Assembly (NCBI GenBank): GCA_963674705.1
Contig: OY771506.1
Span: forward strand, 1,792,001 to 1,856,000
Origin: Phycisphaeraceae bacterium
GTDB lineage: Bacteria; Planctomycetota; Phycisphaerae; Phycisphaerales; Phycisphaeraceae
Direction: 5' to 3'
DNA: 64,000 bases
The notes below the pieces were generated by a model that saw only the letters and a program-made list of their open reading frames with translations, did no database searches and had not been told where the DNA came from. The position numbers and the translations under genes were made by a program. This document shows, one piece after another, positions 48,442-59,196 of the stretch (its first letter is position 1; each line of letters begins with the position of its first letter).

Positions 48442-49932
48442 ATGGGACAACTCAATGCGATCTACCGGACCCCGCTGGGGCTGCTGACCGACCTGTACCA
48501 ACTGACGATGGCGTACGGCTATTGGAAGCTGGGGCGGGCGGATCAGCAGGCGGCGTTTCATCTGTTCTTCCGCAAGCCGCCGTTCGGCGGGGGGTACGCG
48601 ATCGCGGCGGGGCTGTCGCACGTGGTGGACCTGCTGCGTTCATTTAAGTTTGAAGCCTGCGATCTGGAATACCTGGCGACGCTTGAAGGCAACGATGGTC
48701 GGCCGCTGTTTGAAAAAGGATTCCTGGATTACCTTGGCGAGCTTCGATTCAGTTGCGATGTGGATGCGGTGCCGGAAGGCACGGCTGTATTCGGTAACGA
48801 GCCGATGGTGCGCGTGCGCGGGCCGATCCTGCAGGGGCAGTTGCTTGAGACGGCGTTATTGAACCTGGTGAACTTCCAGACTTTGATAGCGACGAAGGCG
48901 GCGCGGGTTTGTCATGCGGCCAAGGGGGACTCGGTATTAGAGTTTGGCTTACGAAGAGCGCAGGGCGTGGATGGTTCACTGGCGGCGAGCCGAGCTGCGT
49001 ATATCGGGGGTTGCCATGCGACGAGTAACGTGCTTGCGGGGAAGCTGTACGGCATCCCGGTCAAGGGGACGCATGCACATAGCTGGGTGATGAGTTTTGA
49101 AGATGAGCTGGCGTCGTTCGATGCGTATGCTGAGGCAATGCCGAACAATTGTGTTTTTCTGGTAGATACGTACGACACGATCGCCGGCGTGCGTAACGCG
49201 ATCGAAGCGGGCCTGAAGCTGCGTGATCGTGGCTACGAGATGGCAGGCCTACGCCTCGATTCGGGCGACCTGGCGTACCTGAGCATCGAAGCACGTCGGC
49301 TGCTCGATGAAGCGGGATTCGAGAAGGCGGCCATCGTCGCGTCGAACGATCTGGATGAGCACATCATCCAGGACCTGAAGCAGCAGGGCGCGACGATCGC
49401 GGTCTGGGGCGTCGGTACGAAGCTGGCGACGGCTTACGATCAGCCGGCGCTTGGGGGCGTGTATAAACTCGGCGCGATATGCGATGAAGGTGGCGAATGG
49501 GAACACCGCGTCAAGCTATCCGAGCAAGCGATCAAGACGAGTATCCCCGGTATGTTGCAGGTTCGCCGATTTGAAAACAATAATGGCCACGTAGCGGACA
49601 TGATCTACGATGAACTCCTGGGTGTGGATGATGCGAGGCTGATCGTCGATCCAAAAGACCCGACACGACGCAAGAAGATCAGCGCAAAGGCAAGTGTGCG
49701 TGATCTATTGATCCCGATCGCTCGTGATGGGAAGATCATGTTTGAGGATGAGCCTTTGGAAGTATTGCGTGATCGGGCGCAAGCGGAGCTTGCCAAAGTG
49801 CATCCGGGGACGCAGCGGTTTATGAATCCGCATGAGTATCCGGTCGGGCTTGAGCCGGGCCTGCACGAGTTGCGTAACAGGATGATCGATGACACGCGCG
49901 AGCGCGGGCTCGCCCAGGCGGAGTTGGATTGA
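48442..49932 (+). CDS. pncB: Nicotinate phosphoribosyltransferase
   Basis: [43 protein letters not shown]. Confidence 0.95.
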   Translation: MGQLNAIYRTPLGLLTDLYQLTMAYGYWKLGRADQQAAFHLFFRKPPFGGGYAIAAGLSHVVDLLRSFKFEACDLEYLATLEGNDGRPLFEKGFLDYLGELRFSCDVDAVPEGTAVFGNEPMVRVRGPILQGQLLETALLNLVNFQTLIATKAARVCHAAKGDSVLEFGLRRAQGVDGSLAASRAAYIGGCHATSNVLAGKLYGIPVKGTHAHSWVMSFEDELASFDAYAEAMPNNCVFLVDTYDTIAGVRNAIEAGLKLRDRGYEMAGLRLDSGDLAYLSIEARRLLDEAGFEKAAIVASNDLDEHIIQDLKQQGATIAVWGVGTKLATAYDQPALGGVYKLGAICDEGGEWEHRVKLSEQAIKTSIPGMLQVRRFENNNGHVADMIYDELLGVDDARLIVDPKDPTRRKKISAKASVRDLLIPIARDGKIMFEDEPLEVLRDRAQAELAKVHPGTQRFMNPHEYPVGLEPGLHELRNRMIDDTRERGLAQAELD

Positions 49933-50864
49933 TGTTGCTATTCAGCACCGAGCGATATGCGTACATGCTAGACGGTTTGGCGTCGGAAGCGCGCGTTGAT
50001 AAAGGCGAGATCGAACGCAAGACGTTTCTCGATGGTGAACGGTATCACCGCATCATGAGCAATGTTGACGATCAGCATGTTGCTATCGTCGGCGGAACGT
50101 GCAGCGACAGCGATACGCTTGAGCTGTTCGACTTATCGTGCGGTCTGGTGCAGGAGGGGGCGCGATCGCTGACGCTTGTCTTGCCTTACCTCGGTTATGC
50201 GACGATGGATCGGGCGGTCAAGAGCGGCGAGATCGTCAAGGCGAAGACGCGGGCGCGTTTGCTTTCATCGATCCCGCACGGCGTTCAGGCAAACCGGATC
50301 GTCTTGCTGGACCTGCATGCTGAGGGGATACAGTATTACTTTGAAGGGCCTTCGCACCCGGTGCATGTGTATGCAAAACCGCTTGTCACCGAGGCGATAC
50401 GAGAGTTGGGCGGCGAACGGTACGTACTTGCGTGTACGGATGCGGGGCGCGCGAAGTGGGTGGAATCGCTTGCCAATGAACTGAACGTGCCCGCAAGTTT
50501 CGTATTTAAACGCAGGAAAGAAGACGGCAACCCGGAAGTCACCGCGATGAGCGCGGATGTCACGGAGCAGAACGTGGTGATCTACGACGATATGGTGCGC
50601 TCCGGTGATTCTCTGTTGAACGCCGCGCGGGCTTATCTGGATGCGGGTGCGAAGTGTGTCAAAGCCGTCACAACGCACGGCCTGTTCCCGGGAGATTCGA
50701 TCAAGAAGCTGAAAGCTTCGGGCTTGCTCGAAGCGATCGTCTGCACGGATAGTCATCCAAGCGCGCTGCAAGCGGCGGAGTTGAGCGAAGGGTTTCTTGA
50801 TATCCGAACGGTTTCGCCGATCCTTGCGTCGGCGCTTAATCGTGGTAAAGGGGCGCGGCTATGA
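49932..50864 (+). CDS. prs: Ribose-phosphate pyrophosphokinase family protein
   Basis: FLDGERY, PYLGY..DR, DLHA, DAG, YDDMVRSG, THGLF. Confidence 0.88.
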   Translation: MLLFSTERYAYMLDGLASEARVDKGEIERKTFLDGERYHRIMSNVDDQHVAIVGGTCSDSDTLELFDLSCGLVQEGARSLTLVLPYLGYATMDRAVKSGEIVKAKTRARLLSSIPHGVQANRIVLLDLHAEGIQYYFEGPSHPVHVYAKPLVTEAIRELGGERYVLACTDAGRAKWVESLANELNVPASFVFKRRKEDGNPEVTAMSADVTEQNVVIYDDMVRSGDSLLNAARAYLDAGAKCVKAVTTHGLFPGDSIKKLKASGLLEAIVCTDSHPSALQAAELSEGFLDIRTVSPILASALNRGKGARL

Positions 50865-52819
50865 AACTCATCCGTATGGGTGCGGCCGCGTTGAACCAGA
50901 CGCCTTTGGATTGGGATAACAACGCGGCGAATATTGCAGAAGCAATAGAGCAGGCGCGGCAGCGCGGGGTGTCGCTGTTGTGTCTGCCCGAGTTGTGCTT
51001 GTGTGGCTATGGCTGTGAAGATGCGTTCTTCGCCCCGGCGACGCGGCGGATGGCTCGGCGTGTATTGGAAGAGTTGTTACCCAAGACGCGCGGGCTCGCG
51101 GTGACGCTTGGTTTGCCGATCATGCATCAGGGATCGCTGTTTAATGCATGTGTGCTGGTGGTCGACGAGCGCGTTGTCGGTGTTGTGCCGAAGCAGCACC
51201 TGGCTGGCGATGGACTGCACTATGAACCGAGATGGTTCAAGCCCTGGCCACATCGTGTGGTGACGCAGATCGAGTTCGACGAGCATCGCGTGCCTTGCGG
51301 TGACCTTGTGTTTGATCTGCATGGCATCCGTATCGGTTTTGAAATCTGCGAAGACGCATGGGCGGCGGATCGGCCGGGCACGGGTCTGGCGGATCGAAGC
51401 GTGGATGTGATTCTCAATCCAAGCGCCAGCCACTTCGCGTTCGGCAAACAGGAAGTCCGCAAGCGACTGGTCGTCGACGGCTCGCGCGCGTTCGGCGTCA
51501 GTTATATCTACAGCAACTTACTGGGCAATGAAGCGGGGCGTGCGATTTATGACGGTGGTGCGTTGATCGGCAGCGGCGGCGTGCTTGTCGCGCAGGGGCC
51601 GCGGTTCAGTTACAGGCCCGTAGTGCTGACCGATGCGGTGGTGGATATCGACGCAACGCGCACGCAGCGATCACAACTCGCCAGCCGATTGCCACATCTT
51701 GAAGCGGATGCGGGATTGGTGGAAGTGGATTATGCATTGCCTGCGGGTCAGCCGGAGGTGTCACAATCCGAGGTTGAGCCTTGGGAGGCATCCGACTTTA
51801 TCGAGCAGGAGGCATTTACACGCGCGATTGCGCTGGGATTGTTTGATTATGCACGTAAGAGCAAGTCGCAGGGCTTCGTCGTTTCATTAAGCGGGGGAGC
51901 GGACTCGACGGCGGTGGCGTGTCTTGTTCGTTTGATGGTTGATCTTGGTTTGGCAGAACTTGGGGCCGATGGCTTTGCGAAACGGTTCGGGATCGATACC
52001 GCCGATACCAAAGCGGTAAGCAATACATCCAAACTGTTGATTACTGCGTACCAGGCGACACGCAACAGCTCGGACAAGACGCGTGATGCGGCTCGTAAGG
52101 TGGCAGAAGCAATCGGTTCAACGCATTACGAACTCGATATCGATGCGCTCAATCAAGGCTACATCAATTTAATCGAAGGCGCGATCGGTCGCGATCTTTC
52201 GTGGGAGCGGGACGATATCGCGTTGCAGAATATCCAGGCGCGCGTGCGGGCACCGGGTGTGTGGATGCTGGCGAACCTTCAGAACAAGTTACTGCTGGCA
52301 ACCAGCAACCGCTCCGAGGCGGCGGTGGGTTATACAACGATGGATGGCGACACCTGCGGCGGGATCAGCCCGATCGCCGGTATCGACAAAGCGTTTCTGC
52401 GCCAATGGCTTGTCTGGCTTGAGCGGTTTGGTCCTGATGGTGTCGGGCCTATCGAAGCCGTGAGCGCGGTGAATCAGTTAGCGCCGACAGCAGAACTGCG
52501 ACCCGAAGATAAGAAGCAGACGGATGAAGATGATCTGATGCCTTACGACGTGCTGGACGCGATCGAACACGAAGCGATCGGCCGCAAGCGTTCCCCTGCC
52601 GAGGCGCTGGCGGAACTGCAGACGCGGTTCCCGCAGTACCAGCCGCAGGTCTTAGGCAAATGGGTGCAGCGCTTCTTCTCCCTCTGGAGCCGAAACCAGT
52701 GGAAGCGCGAGCGGTTCGCCCCCAGCTTCCACGTGGACGACAAAAACCTGGACCCCAAAACCTGGTGCCGATTCCCGATCCTCTCAGGCGGATTTAAGCG
52801 CGAGCTGCGTGAGTTATAA
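50861..52819 (+). CDS. nadE: Glutamine-dependent NAD+ synthetase
   Basis: Nitrilase domain (PELCLCGY, EICED) plus SLSGGADS, QNIQAR, NRSE, PTAEL, DEDDLMPY. Confidence 0.95.
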   Translation: MKLIRMGAAALNQTPLDWDNNAANIAEAIEQARQRGVSLLCLPELCLCGYGCEDAFFAPATRRMARRVLEELLPKTRGLAVTLGLPIMHQGSLFNACVLVVDERVVGVVPKQHLAGDGLHYEPRWFKPWPHRVVTQIEFDEHRVPCGDLVFDLHGIRIGFEICEDAWAADRPGTGLADRSVDVILNPSASHFAFGKQEVRKRLVVDGSRAFGVSYIYSNLLGNEAGRAIYDGGALIGSGGVLVAQGPRFSYRPVVLTDAVVDIDATRTQRSQLASRLPHLEADAGLVEVDYALPAGQPEVSQSEVEPWEASDFIEQEAFTRAIALGLFDYARKSKSQGFVVSLSGGADSTAVACLVRLMVDLGLAELGADGFAKRFGIDTADTKAVSNTSKLLITAYQATRNSSDKTRDAARKVAEAIGSTHYELDIDALNQGYINLIEGAIGRDLSWERDDIALQNIQARVRAPGVWMLANLQNKLLLATSNRSEAAVGYTTMDGDTCGGISPIAGIDKAFLRQWLVWLERFGPDGVGPIEAVSAVNQLAPTAELRPEDKKQTDEDDLMPYDVLDAIEHEAIGRKRSPAEALAELQTRFPQYQPQVLGKWVQRFFSLWSRNQWKRERFAPSFHVDDKNLDPKTWCRFPILSGGFKRELREL

Positions 52820-52855
52820 AGATATGGCTTACGATCTGCATATGAGTAAAAAGGC

Positions 52856-53686
52856 TCAGATGCGCTGCCTTTCGATATCGATAATCCGACGCCACATACT
52901 CAGAGGTGACACGCCTGCGTACCCACTGTCCTGTCCATCATTACATTCGATAACGATCCAGTCTCCAATGACGGTTTGTGCGATGTCGATCACAACAAAG
53001 ACCACATTGAGTCGTCGGGCGGCCTCTTCTGCGAGATCGCGAATTTGTTTTAACTCACCATCCGTCGGCGCAAAGCTTTCGGAGACCCAGTAGCGTCCCA
53101 CAGCGACACACTCACCCCTCCAACAGAATGTGCGGAACTCATAACTCTTAGGGAATCCAACTGACGCAGGACCAACCGGACGCAAGGGCACAAATTCACG
53201 GCATACGACCTTCTGCCAACGCAGAATCTCATCGTCATCCCATCGTGTCATAAGCGATTCAAAGTGTTTCGCCCCGTCAATGATTGACGTATCCTTATTG
53301 TGGCGGTTTGTCTGTCTTTGGCCTTTCACAAACACGGGCCATTGGAAGTGCTGTTCGACTTCTTTGCTTGCAGGTTTGTGATCAAACCAGACACTGCGAG
53401 GCGTCAAGTCTTTCAACAGTGAGTACCAGGTTGGTAGTTCACTGGTTCGCTGATACTCAGCGGGGGTATGTATCAGCCTTACACCCAACGATTCAAACTC
53501 ATTAAATCGCTGTTCGTAGTCCGGCGCAGTACCCAGGCGAGCGACAGCCACCACCGGCTCATCCAGATTCCATGGATGGCGGCATGAGAAAAACTGCTCG
53601 AAAGAAAAGTCGTAAGCTGGGAGCCCTATTGGCTTTGTAACACACCAGAGCGATTCTTCGATGTGGATTAATCCCGAAATATTCAT
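52856..53686 (-). CDS. ATP-grasp domain protein (DUF4343/R2K-like)
   Basis: WPVFVKG, EFRTF, FVVIDIA..WIVIECNDGQDSG. Confidence 0.8.
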   Translation of the reverse strand: MNISGLIHIEESLWCVTKPIGLPAYDFSFEQFFSCRHPWNLDEPVVAVARLGTAPDYEQRFNEFESLGVRLIHTPAEYQRTSELPTWYSLLKDLTPRSVWFDHKPASKEVEQHFQWPVFVKGQRQTNRHNKDTSIIDGAKHFESLMTRWDDDEILRWQKVVCREFVPLRPVGPASVGFPKSYEFRTFCWRGECVAVGRYWVSESFAPTDGELKQIRDLAEEAARRLNVVFVVIDIAQTVIGDWIVIECNDGQDSGYAGVSPLSMWRRIIDIERQRI

Positions 53687-53741
53687 TCCCCTAGTCTAAA
53701 AGAAAGGGCATTTGACGGAAAATCAAATAATCCGCTTGACA

Positions 53742-53783
53742 TAGTGTAATATATACACGAAACTAAGTGTAAATAAGACACGA
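53742..53783. promoter_or_regulatory. Tandem NrtR operators upstream of nrtR
   Basis: tagtgtaatatatacacga (53742-53760) and aagtgtaaataagacacga (53765-53783); TTGACA at 53736-53741. Confidence 0.85.
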
Positions 53784-53794
53784 AGAGGTGTGTG

Positions 53795-54484
53795 ATGGCT
53801 AAGACATACGAATTTCCGCGAGCGGCGCTGACGGTGGACATCGTTGTTTTTGCGCTGGATGAGGATGACCTGAAGGTGATGCTGATCGAGCGCGACCTTG
53901 AGCCTTTCGCGGGGCGGTGGGCGATTCCGGGGGGCTTCGTCCGTGTGGATGAGACGCTGGACGAAGCGGCCCGCCGCGAGCTTGAGGAGGAGACCGGCTT
54001 GAGCGAGATCTACCTCGAGCAGCTCTACACGTTCGGCGAAGTTGATCGCGACCCGCGCGAACGAGTGGTGACCGTCGCCTATTACGCGCTGGTGAATCTT
54101 GAGGGCCACAACGTGCATGCCAGCACCGATGCGCGCAACGCAGCCTGGTTCGCGATCAACGACCTGCCGGCCCTGGCGTTCGATCATGAAAAGATCCTGG
54201 ACGTCGCGCTCGAGCGTTTGCGTGGCAAGCTGCGGTATCAGCCGATCGGGTTTGAGCTGCTGCCCGACAAGTTCCCGCTGCGAATGCTGCAACACCTGTA
54301 CGAGATAGTGCTCGACCGTGAACTGGACAAGCGCAACTTTCGCAAAAAGATCCTGAGCATGGACATTCTTATTGAGATGAATGAAATCGAAAAGGATGTC
54401 GCGCATCGCGCAGCGAAGCTGTACCGGTTTGATAAAGCGAAGTATGACAAGAAGACGCGCGAAGGTTTTAACTTCGAGATATAG
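53795..54484 (+). CDS. nrtR: NrtR-family Nudix + winged-helix transcriptional regulator
   Basis: [56 protein letters not shown]. Confidence 0.92.
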   Translation: MAKTYEFPRAALTVDIVVFALDEDDLKVMLIERDLEPFAGRWAIPGGFVRVDETLDEAARRELEEETGLSEIYLEQLYTFGEVDRDPRERVVTVAYYALVNLEGHNVHASTDARNAAWFAINDLPALAFDHEKILDVALERLRGKLRYQPIGFELLPDKFPLRMLQHLYEIVLDRELDKRNFRKKILSMDILIEMNEIEKDVAHRAAKLYRFDKAKYDKKTREGFNFEI

Positions 54485-54486
54485 CC

Positions 54487-54993
54487 ATGCAGTATGTTGA
54501 AGCGCCATTCGAATATCAAGCGGATGAACCGAGCGTGTTTCTTGCTGGGGGTGTAGGGGATATCGAGTCCTGGCAGATGAAGATCGCTTCAATGTTATGC
54601 GGGACGCGTTGGGTGGTGTTGAATCCGAGATGGCTGTCTTATCCGCATGGGGATCATGAAGTCGACAGACAGCAGATTGCTTGGGAAGAACGGCATATGA
54701 ACAAAGCCTCGTTGATCGCGTTCTGGTTCCCCGGCAAGTCGGTGTGTCCAATCACGTTTTTTGAATTAGGGCTTGTGCTGAACACGAACAAGCCGATCGT
54801 CGTCGGGGCGCACCCAAGTTATCCGAGGCGGTTTGATCTGGAGGAGCATGTCAGATTGAGACGGCCAGCGATAGATGTCGTGGATTCGATCGATGCTTTA
54901 GTGGCTGGAGTTATTGAAGCTTATCCAGAGGAATTGGTAGAGGGTGCTTGTAGCGGATCGCAAGAGTACGAAGCTGTAACGGTTGATGTGTGA
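54487..54993 (+). CDS. Nucleoside 2-deoxyribosyltransferase-like protein
   Basis: SVFLAGG...WQ...VLNPR...QIAWE...FWF...PITFFELG. Confidence 0.8.
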   Translation: MQYVEAPFEYQADEPSVFLAGGVGDIESWQMKIASMLCGTRWVVLNPRWLSYPHGDHEVDRQQIAWEERHMNKASLIAFWFPGKSVCPITFFELGLVLNTNKPIVVGAHPSYPRRFDLEEHVRLRRPAIDVVDSIDALVAGVIEAYPEELVEGACSGSQEYEAVTVDV

Positions 54994-56051
54994 TGGATCG
55001 TTTTGAACACATTCAGGGTTGCCTTTTCGGCACGGCGGTTGGCGATGCGATCGGCTTGCCACGCGAGGGTTTGCATCCGCGTCGAGCGAAGCGGCTGTTT
55101 GGTGAAGCGCCGTTACACCATGCATTAGTAGGTCGGCGTGGTTTGTGCAGCGATGATACGGAGCACACAGTCATGGTTGCACAGTCGCTGATTGGTTCTG
55201 CGGGTGAAGCTGAAAGTTTCCTGGGAGAATTTTCCCGTCGACTGCGTTGGTGGTTTTTGCGATTACCGGGCGGCGTCGGGTTTGGGACGCTACGGGCATG
55301 CGTGAAGTTGTGGTTAGGCGTTTCACCGGAGCGGAGCGGTGTGAACAGTGCGGGCAATGGGCCGGCGATGAGAAGTGCATTGTTGGGATTGTTCGCTCAT
55401 TCAAGAGAGCATATGGAAGCGCTGGTTAAGGTGTCGACTCGGATAACGCATTCTGATCCACGTGCGGAAGTAGGTGCAGCGGTGATTGCGGGGCTTGCGC
55501 GCATGATAGGTGACGCAGATAGCAAGACTCTGACTGCGCACGATATCACCCGCGAGGTAATTGAACGTGTGAAAGATCAGGCACTTCGTGAGCGTTTACA
55601 GCATGCTATTGAAGCGGTAGATCGCAACAGTGATACAAGTGTATATGTGCAGGAAGCAGGCTTGGAAAGTGGTGTCAGTGGATTTGTTAATCATACGGTC
55701 CCCTCTGCGGTTTACTGCTGGTTCAAGCATCAAGGCGATTTCCGGTCAGCAGTGGAGGCGGCCGTTATGTTGGGTGGAGACACCGATACCGTCGCTGCAA
55801 TTACTGGAGCGCTTGCGGGGGCACAGGTTGGTAAGCAAGGCATCCCAGGGGAGTGGGTCAATGGTATATCGGAGTGGCCTTGCACGATAAGGTGGATGGA
55901 TGCTTCGGCACAACGCTTGGCGGATGTCTGTGAAAGCGGGGAAAACGATTCGCCGCCGGAGTTGTCGCCGATCAAACTGTTTTTGAGAAACATTGTTTTT
56001 ATCGCGATTGTTTTGATTCACGGGCTTCGCAGGTTGCTGCCCCCGTATTGA
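54993..56051 (+). CDS. ADP-ribosylglycohydrolase (DraG/ARH family)
   Basis: GTAVGDAIG, SDDTE, SAGNGPAMR, ITH, GGDTDT. Confidence 0.93.
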   Translation: MDRFEHIQGCLFGTAVGDAIGLPREGLHPRRAKRLFGEAPLHHALVGRRGLCSDDTEHTVMVAQSLIGSAGEAESFLGEFSRRLRWWFLRLPGGVGFGTLRACVKLWLGVSPERSGVNSAGNGPAMRSALLGLFAHSREHMEALVKVSTRITHSDPRAEVGAAVIAGLARMIGDADSKTLTAHDITREVIERVKDQALRERLQHAIEAVDRNSDTSVYVQEAGLESGVSGFVNHTVPSAVYCWFKHQGDFRSAVEAAVMLGGDTDTVAAITGALAGAQVGKQGIPGEWVNGISEWPCTIRWMDASAQRLADVCESGENDSPPELSPIKLFLRNIVFIAIVLIHGLRRLLPPY

Positions 56052-56063
56052 TTGGAGTTAGTT

Positions 56064-56672
56064 ATGAAAGCGTTACTACTCGTTGATATCCAGAACGACT
56101 TTACGCCCGGTGAAACCGGCGGGGCGCTTGCTGTGCCGAAGGGTGATGAGGTGATTGCTGTCGCGAACCGTTTGATGCCGGCGTATGAACTGGTCGTTGC
56201 GACGCAGGACTGGCATCCGGCGGGGCACAAGTCGTTTGCAAGTTCACATCCCGGGCACGAGGTCGGCGAGGTGATTGAATGGGACGGCCTGCAGCAGATC
56301 CTTTGGCCGGACCATTGCGTGCAGGGGACGGTCGGTGCAGAGTTCTGCGCCGGGCTGGATGTTGTGAGGATCAATGAAGTGGTTCAGAAAGGAACCGATC
56401 TCAACATCGACAGCTACAGCGGCTTCTACGACAACGGCCATCGTAAATCGACCGGCCTTGCAGACCTGTTGCGATCTCGCGGCGTGACTGAGGTTGATGT
56501 GATGGGCCTGGCAACGGATTACTGCGTGAAGTTCACCGCGTTGGATGCGGTGAAAGAAGGGTTTGAAACGCGATTGATATTAGAAGGTTGCCAAGGCGTT
56601 GAACTGAAGCCGGGCGATTGTGAAAAGGCGGTGGATGAGATGCGTAATGTAGGTATTCAAGTTGTGGTCTAG
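56064..56672 (+). CDS. pncA: Nicotinamidase/pyrazinamidase
   Basis: VDIQNDF, TQDWHP, WPDHCVQGT, KG...DSYSGF, GLATDYCV. Confidence 0.95.
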   Translation: MKALLLVDIQNDFTPGETGGALAVPKGDEVIAVANRLMPAYELVVATQDWHPAGHKSFASSHPGHEVGEVIEWDGLQQILWPDHCVQGTVGAEFCAGLDVVRINEVVQKGTDLNIDSYSGFYDNGHRKSTGLADLLRSRGVTEVDVMGLATDYCVKFTALDAVKEGFETRLILEGCQGVELKPGDCEKAVDEMRNVGIQVVV

Positions 56673-56704
56673 TAGCAGCATGAGAACTATCTTAGAGGTG
56701 CTTT

Positions 56705-57181
56705 GTGTTACGTATAGTTACTGGAGATGCAACTCAACCATTAGGTAGCGATCCTCGGGTTATCGTCCATGTTTGTAATGACGAGGGCGGTTGGGGACGA
56801 GGTTTTGTTGTTGCTTTGTCTGCACGATGGAAGATTCCTGAGGCTGCATATCGATCGTGGTTTAAGAAAGGTGAGGCGGGCGGGTTTGCCCTTGGAAGTG
56901 TTGATTTTGTTGAAGTGGAACCATCACTATGGGTCGCAAACTTAATTGGACAGCACAAGACAAGGTCTATTAAAGGTGTCCCACCCGTGCGTTATGAAGC
57001 TATTCGATTGGGACTGGAAGTGATTAGACGATTCTGCGAAGAGAATCAAGCGTCGGTGCATATGCCAAGGATTGGTTGTGGCTTGGCGGGAGGTAGTTGG
57101 GAAAAAGTTGAATCATTGATCAGAGATGAATTGATTGGCTATGACATTGATGTGACTGTTTACGATCTTCCTACGGATTAA
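56705..57181 (+). CDS. Macro domain protein (Poa1p/TARG1-like)
   Basis: GDAT, HVCNDEGGWGRGF, HMPRIGCGLAGGSW; start codon uncertain. Confidence 0.88.
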   Translation: MLRIVTGDATQPLGSDPRVIVHVCNDEGGWGRGFVVALSARWKIPEAAYRSWFKKGEAGGFALGSVDFVEVEPSLWVANLIGQHKTRSIKGVPPVRYEAIRLGLEVIRRFCEENQASVHMPRIGCGLAGGSWEKVESLIRDELIGYDIDVTVYDLPTD

Positions 57182-57202
57182 AAACCATAAGTTGAGGTCT
57201 TT

Positions 57203-58039
57203 ATGAATCGATTAAACAGAAAGAGTCTTGCCGAAGATATGCTTCGGATTGTTGAGTGTGGCGAGTATGAGCCGCGGCCGGGGGTTGTCGTTCGGATTGC
57301 GGATGCGGTGGAGGCGGCGGTGGGGGAGACGCGATTGTTTACGCCGAGTGAATTGAATCGGTTGACGAAGTGGGCGCCTGAGCCGGTTGAAGGCGGCACG
57401 CGGATCGAGGTTTGTAATGAGACGACGTTGAGCGCGGCGCATCGGTTGGTGGTAGAGGAAGGTTTGGGGGAAGTGTTGTGCCTGAACTTCGCATCGGCGA
57501 AGAATCCGGGCGGCGGATTTCTTGGTGGCAGCCAGGCACAGGAAGAAAGCCTGGCCCGTTCCTCGGCTTTGTATGCGTGCCTGACCGCAGCGCCTATGTA
57601 TTACGAAGTGAACCGGTCATGCAGGACCACGATGTATACGGATCATATGATTCTGAGCCCGGATGTACCCGTGTTTCGCCTTGACGATGGTGGGTTGCTT
57701 GATGAGCCTTATGAGGTTTCATTCATCACCGCGCCGGCGGTTAATGCGGGGGCGGTCGCGCGGAATGAGCCGAGATGTATTGAGCAGATCGTCCCGACGA
57801 TGCGTCGTCGTATCGCGATGGTGCTTGCGCTGGCTGCGAGTGAGGGTTATAAGCAACTGGTGCTTGGCGCCTGGGGTTGCGGCGTATTCCGTAATGATCC
57901 GGAAGAGATCGCGGGCCTGTTTGCTGAGCAATTGCTGGCAGGGGGCGTATATGCCCAATGTTTTGAGCGTATTGTGTTTGCGGTGTTGGATCACCCGGGT
58001 GGCGAGAGCATTGAAGCGTTTGAGCAGCGGTTCAGCTAA
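57203..58039 (+). CDS. TIGR02452-family bacterial poly(ADP-ribose) glycohydrolase-like protein
   Basis: LNFASAKNPGGGFLGGSQAQEESL, LVLGAWGCGVFRNDP. Confidence 0.92.
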   Translation: MNRLNRKSLAEDMLRIVECGEYEPRPGVVVRIADAVEAAVGETRLFTPSELNRLTKWAPEPVEGGTRIEVCNETTLSAAHRLVVEEGLGEVLCLNFASAKNPGGGFLGGSQAQEESLARSSALYACLTAAPMYYEVNRSCRTTMYTDHMILSPDVPVFRLDDGGLLDEPYEVSFITAPAVNAGAVARNEPRCIEQIVPTMRRRIAMVLALAASEGYKQLVLGAWGCGVFRNDPEEIAGLFAEQLLAGGVYAQCFERIVFAVLDHPGGESIEAFEQRFS

Positions 58040-58102
58040 GAATGAATTGGATGAAGTATCCATAGACAAAGGTCTGGTCAAGATTTTGAAGGATTATCAA
58101 AT

Positions 58103-58672
58103 ATGACTGCATCAAATCCTGATACGCTCTATAAGGGCCGATTCCTGAACCTTATGCAAACCGGTCAGTGGGAATATGTCACGCGTATCGGCTCGAGCGG
58201 GGTGGTGGCGATTGTAGCGCTGCATGATGACGGGCGGATTGTTCTGGTGGAACAGCTCAGGCCGGCGGTGGGGGGGCGTGTGATTGAGTTGCCGGCCGGG
58301 CTTGCGGGGGATGTGGATGAAGATGAGAGTTTATTGGTTGCGGCCAAGCGCGAGCTGGAAGAAGAGACGGGGTATTCAGCTTCGCAATGGCGGCGGCTGT
58401 TTACCGGGTATTCCTCGGCGGGTTTGACGGACGAAGCGGTCACGTTTTTCCTAGCAACAGGCTTGGCCAGGACCGGGCCAGGCGGGGGAGACGACAAGGA
58501 AGATATCCGGGTGCATGAAGTGCCTGTCGATGTATTAATGGATTGGATCAAGCAGTGGGATCAGGCGGGGGGCCATGTAGATGCCAAGTTGTATTCCGGC
58601 GTGTATGCTGGTTTGGCTCTATTTAAGAAGGACGCGGAAGATGGGGCAGGAAAAGATAAAGAAAGTCAGTAA
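58103..58672 (+). CDS. Nudix hydrolase (ADP-ribose pyrophosphatase-like)
   Basis: [33 protein letters not shown]. Confidence 0.9.
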   Translation: MTASNPDTLYKGRFLNLMQTGQWEYVTRIGSSGVVAIVALHDDGRIVLVEQLRPAVGGRVIELPAGLAGDVDEDESLLVAAKRELEEETGYSASQWRRLFTGYSSAGLTDEAVTFFLATGLARTGPGGGDDKEDIRVHEVPVDVLMDWIKQWDQAGGHVDAKLYSGVYAGLALFKKDAEDGAGKDKESQ

Positions 58673-59189
58673 GTCGTTGAGCTATGTTCTGCGGCATAGG
58701 CCGGACACGATCGGCCTGATGCTGGGGGAGAACGGCTGGGTAGCGGTCGATGCTCTATTACGAGCGTTTGAAGAGCATGACCCGTTTTACTCGCGCGAGT
58801 TAATCGAGCGTGTCGTAGCCGAGAGTGATAAGCAGCGGTTTGAATTGAGCGCCGATCGCAAACAGATCCGTGCCCGGCAGGGGCATTCGGTGGAGATTGA
58901 CCTGGGGTATGAGCCGGCGGTTCCGCCTGATGTGTTGTATCACGGCACAGCCACGCGGAATCTGGAGTCGATCTTCGATAGTGGCATAAACAAAGGCAAT
59001 CGCCATCACGTGCATATGTCAACAAACAAGCAGACGATGCTCGCTGTCGGGATGCGTCATGGCAAGCCGGCCCTTCTTGCAATCGATGCCAAACGGATGC
59101 ACGAGCAGGGCTACACGTTTTACGTCACAGGCAACAACGTCTGGCTGACCGAGCACGTGCCCGCTGAGTTTATCGAGCAAACGGAATAA
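58641..59189 (+). CDS. kptA: RNA 2'-phosphotransferase (Tpt1/KptA)
   Basis: SYVLRH, KQRF, IRARQGHS, LYHGT, RHHVHMS, NNVWLT. Confidence 0.93.
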   Translation: MGQEKIKKVSKSLSYVLRHRPDTIGLMLGENGWVAVDALLRAFEEHDPFYSRELIERVVAESDKQRFELSADRKQIRARQGHSVEIDLGYEPAVPPDVLYHGTATRNLESIFDSGINKGNRHHVHMSTNKQTMLAVGMRHGKPALLAIDAKRMHEQGYTFYVTGNNVWLTEHVPAEFIEQTE

Positions 59190-59196
59190 ACCTCAG

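Noticed and set aside
48442..50864. pncB+prs as a phage-type NARP1 (ADPR-PP) NAD reconstitution pair
   Set aside because: The PRTase has typical nicotinate-PRTase motifs (EFGLRR, GTHAH) and is accompanied by pncA and nadE, which fits ordinary deamidating salvage.
53723..54751. Long antisense ORFs (e.g. 53723-54751, 23312-24265, 974-1846)
   Set aside because: Shadow frames of well-supported genes on the opposite strand in GC-rich DNA.
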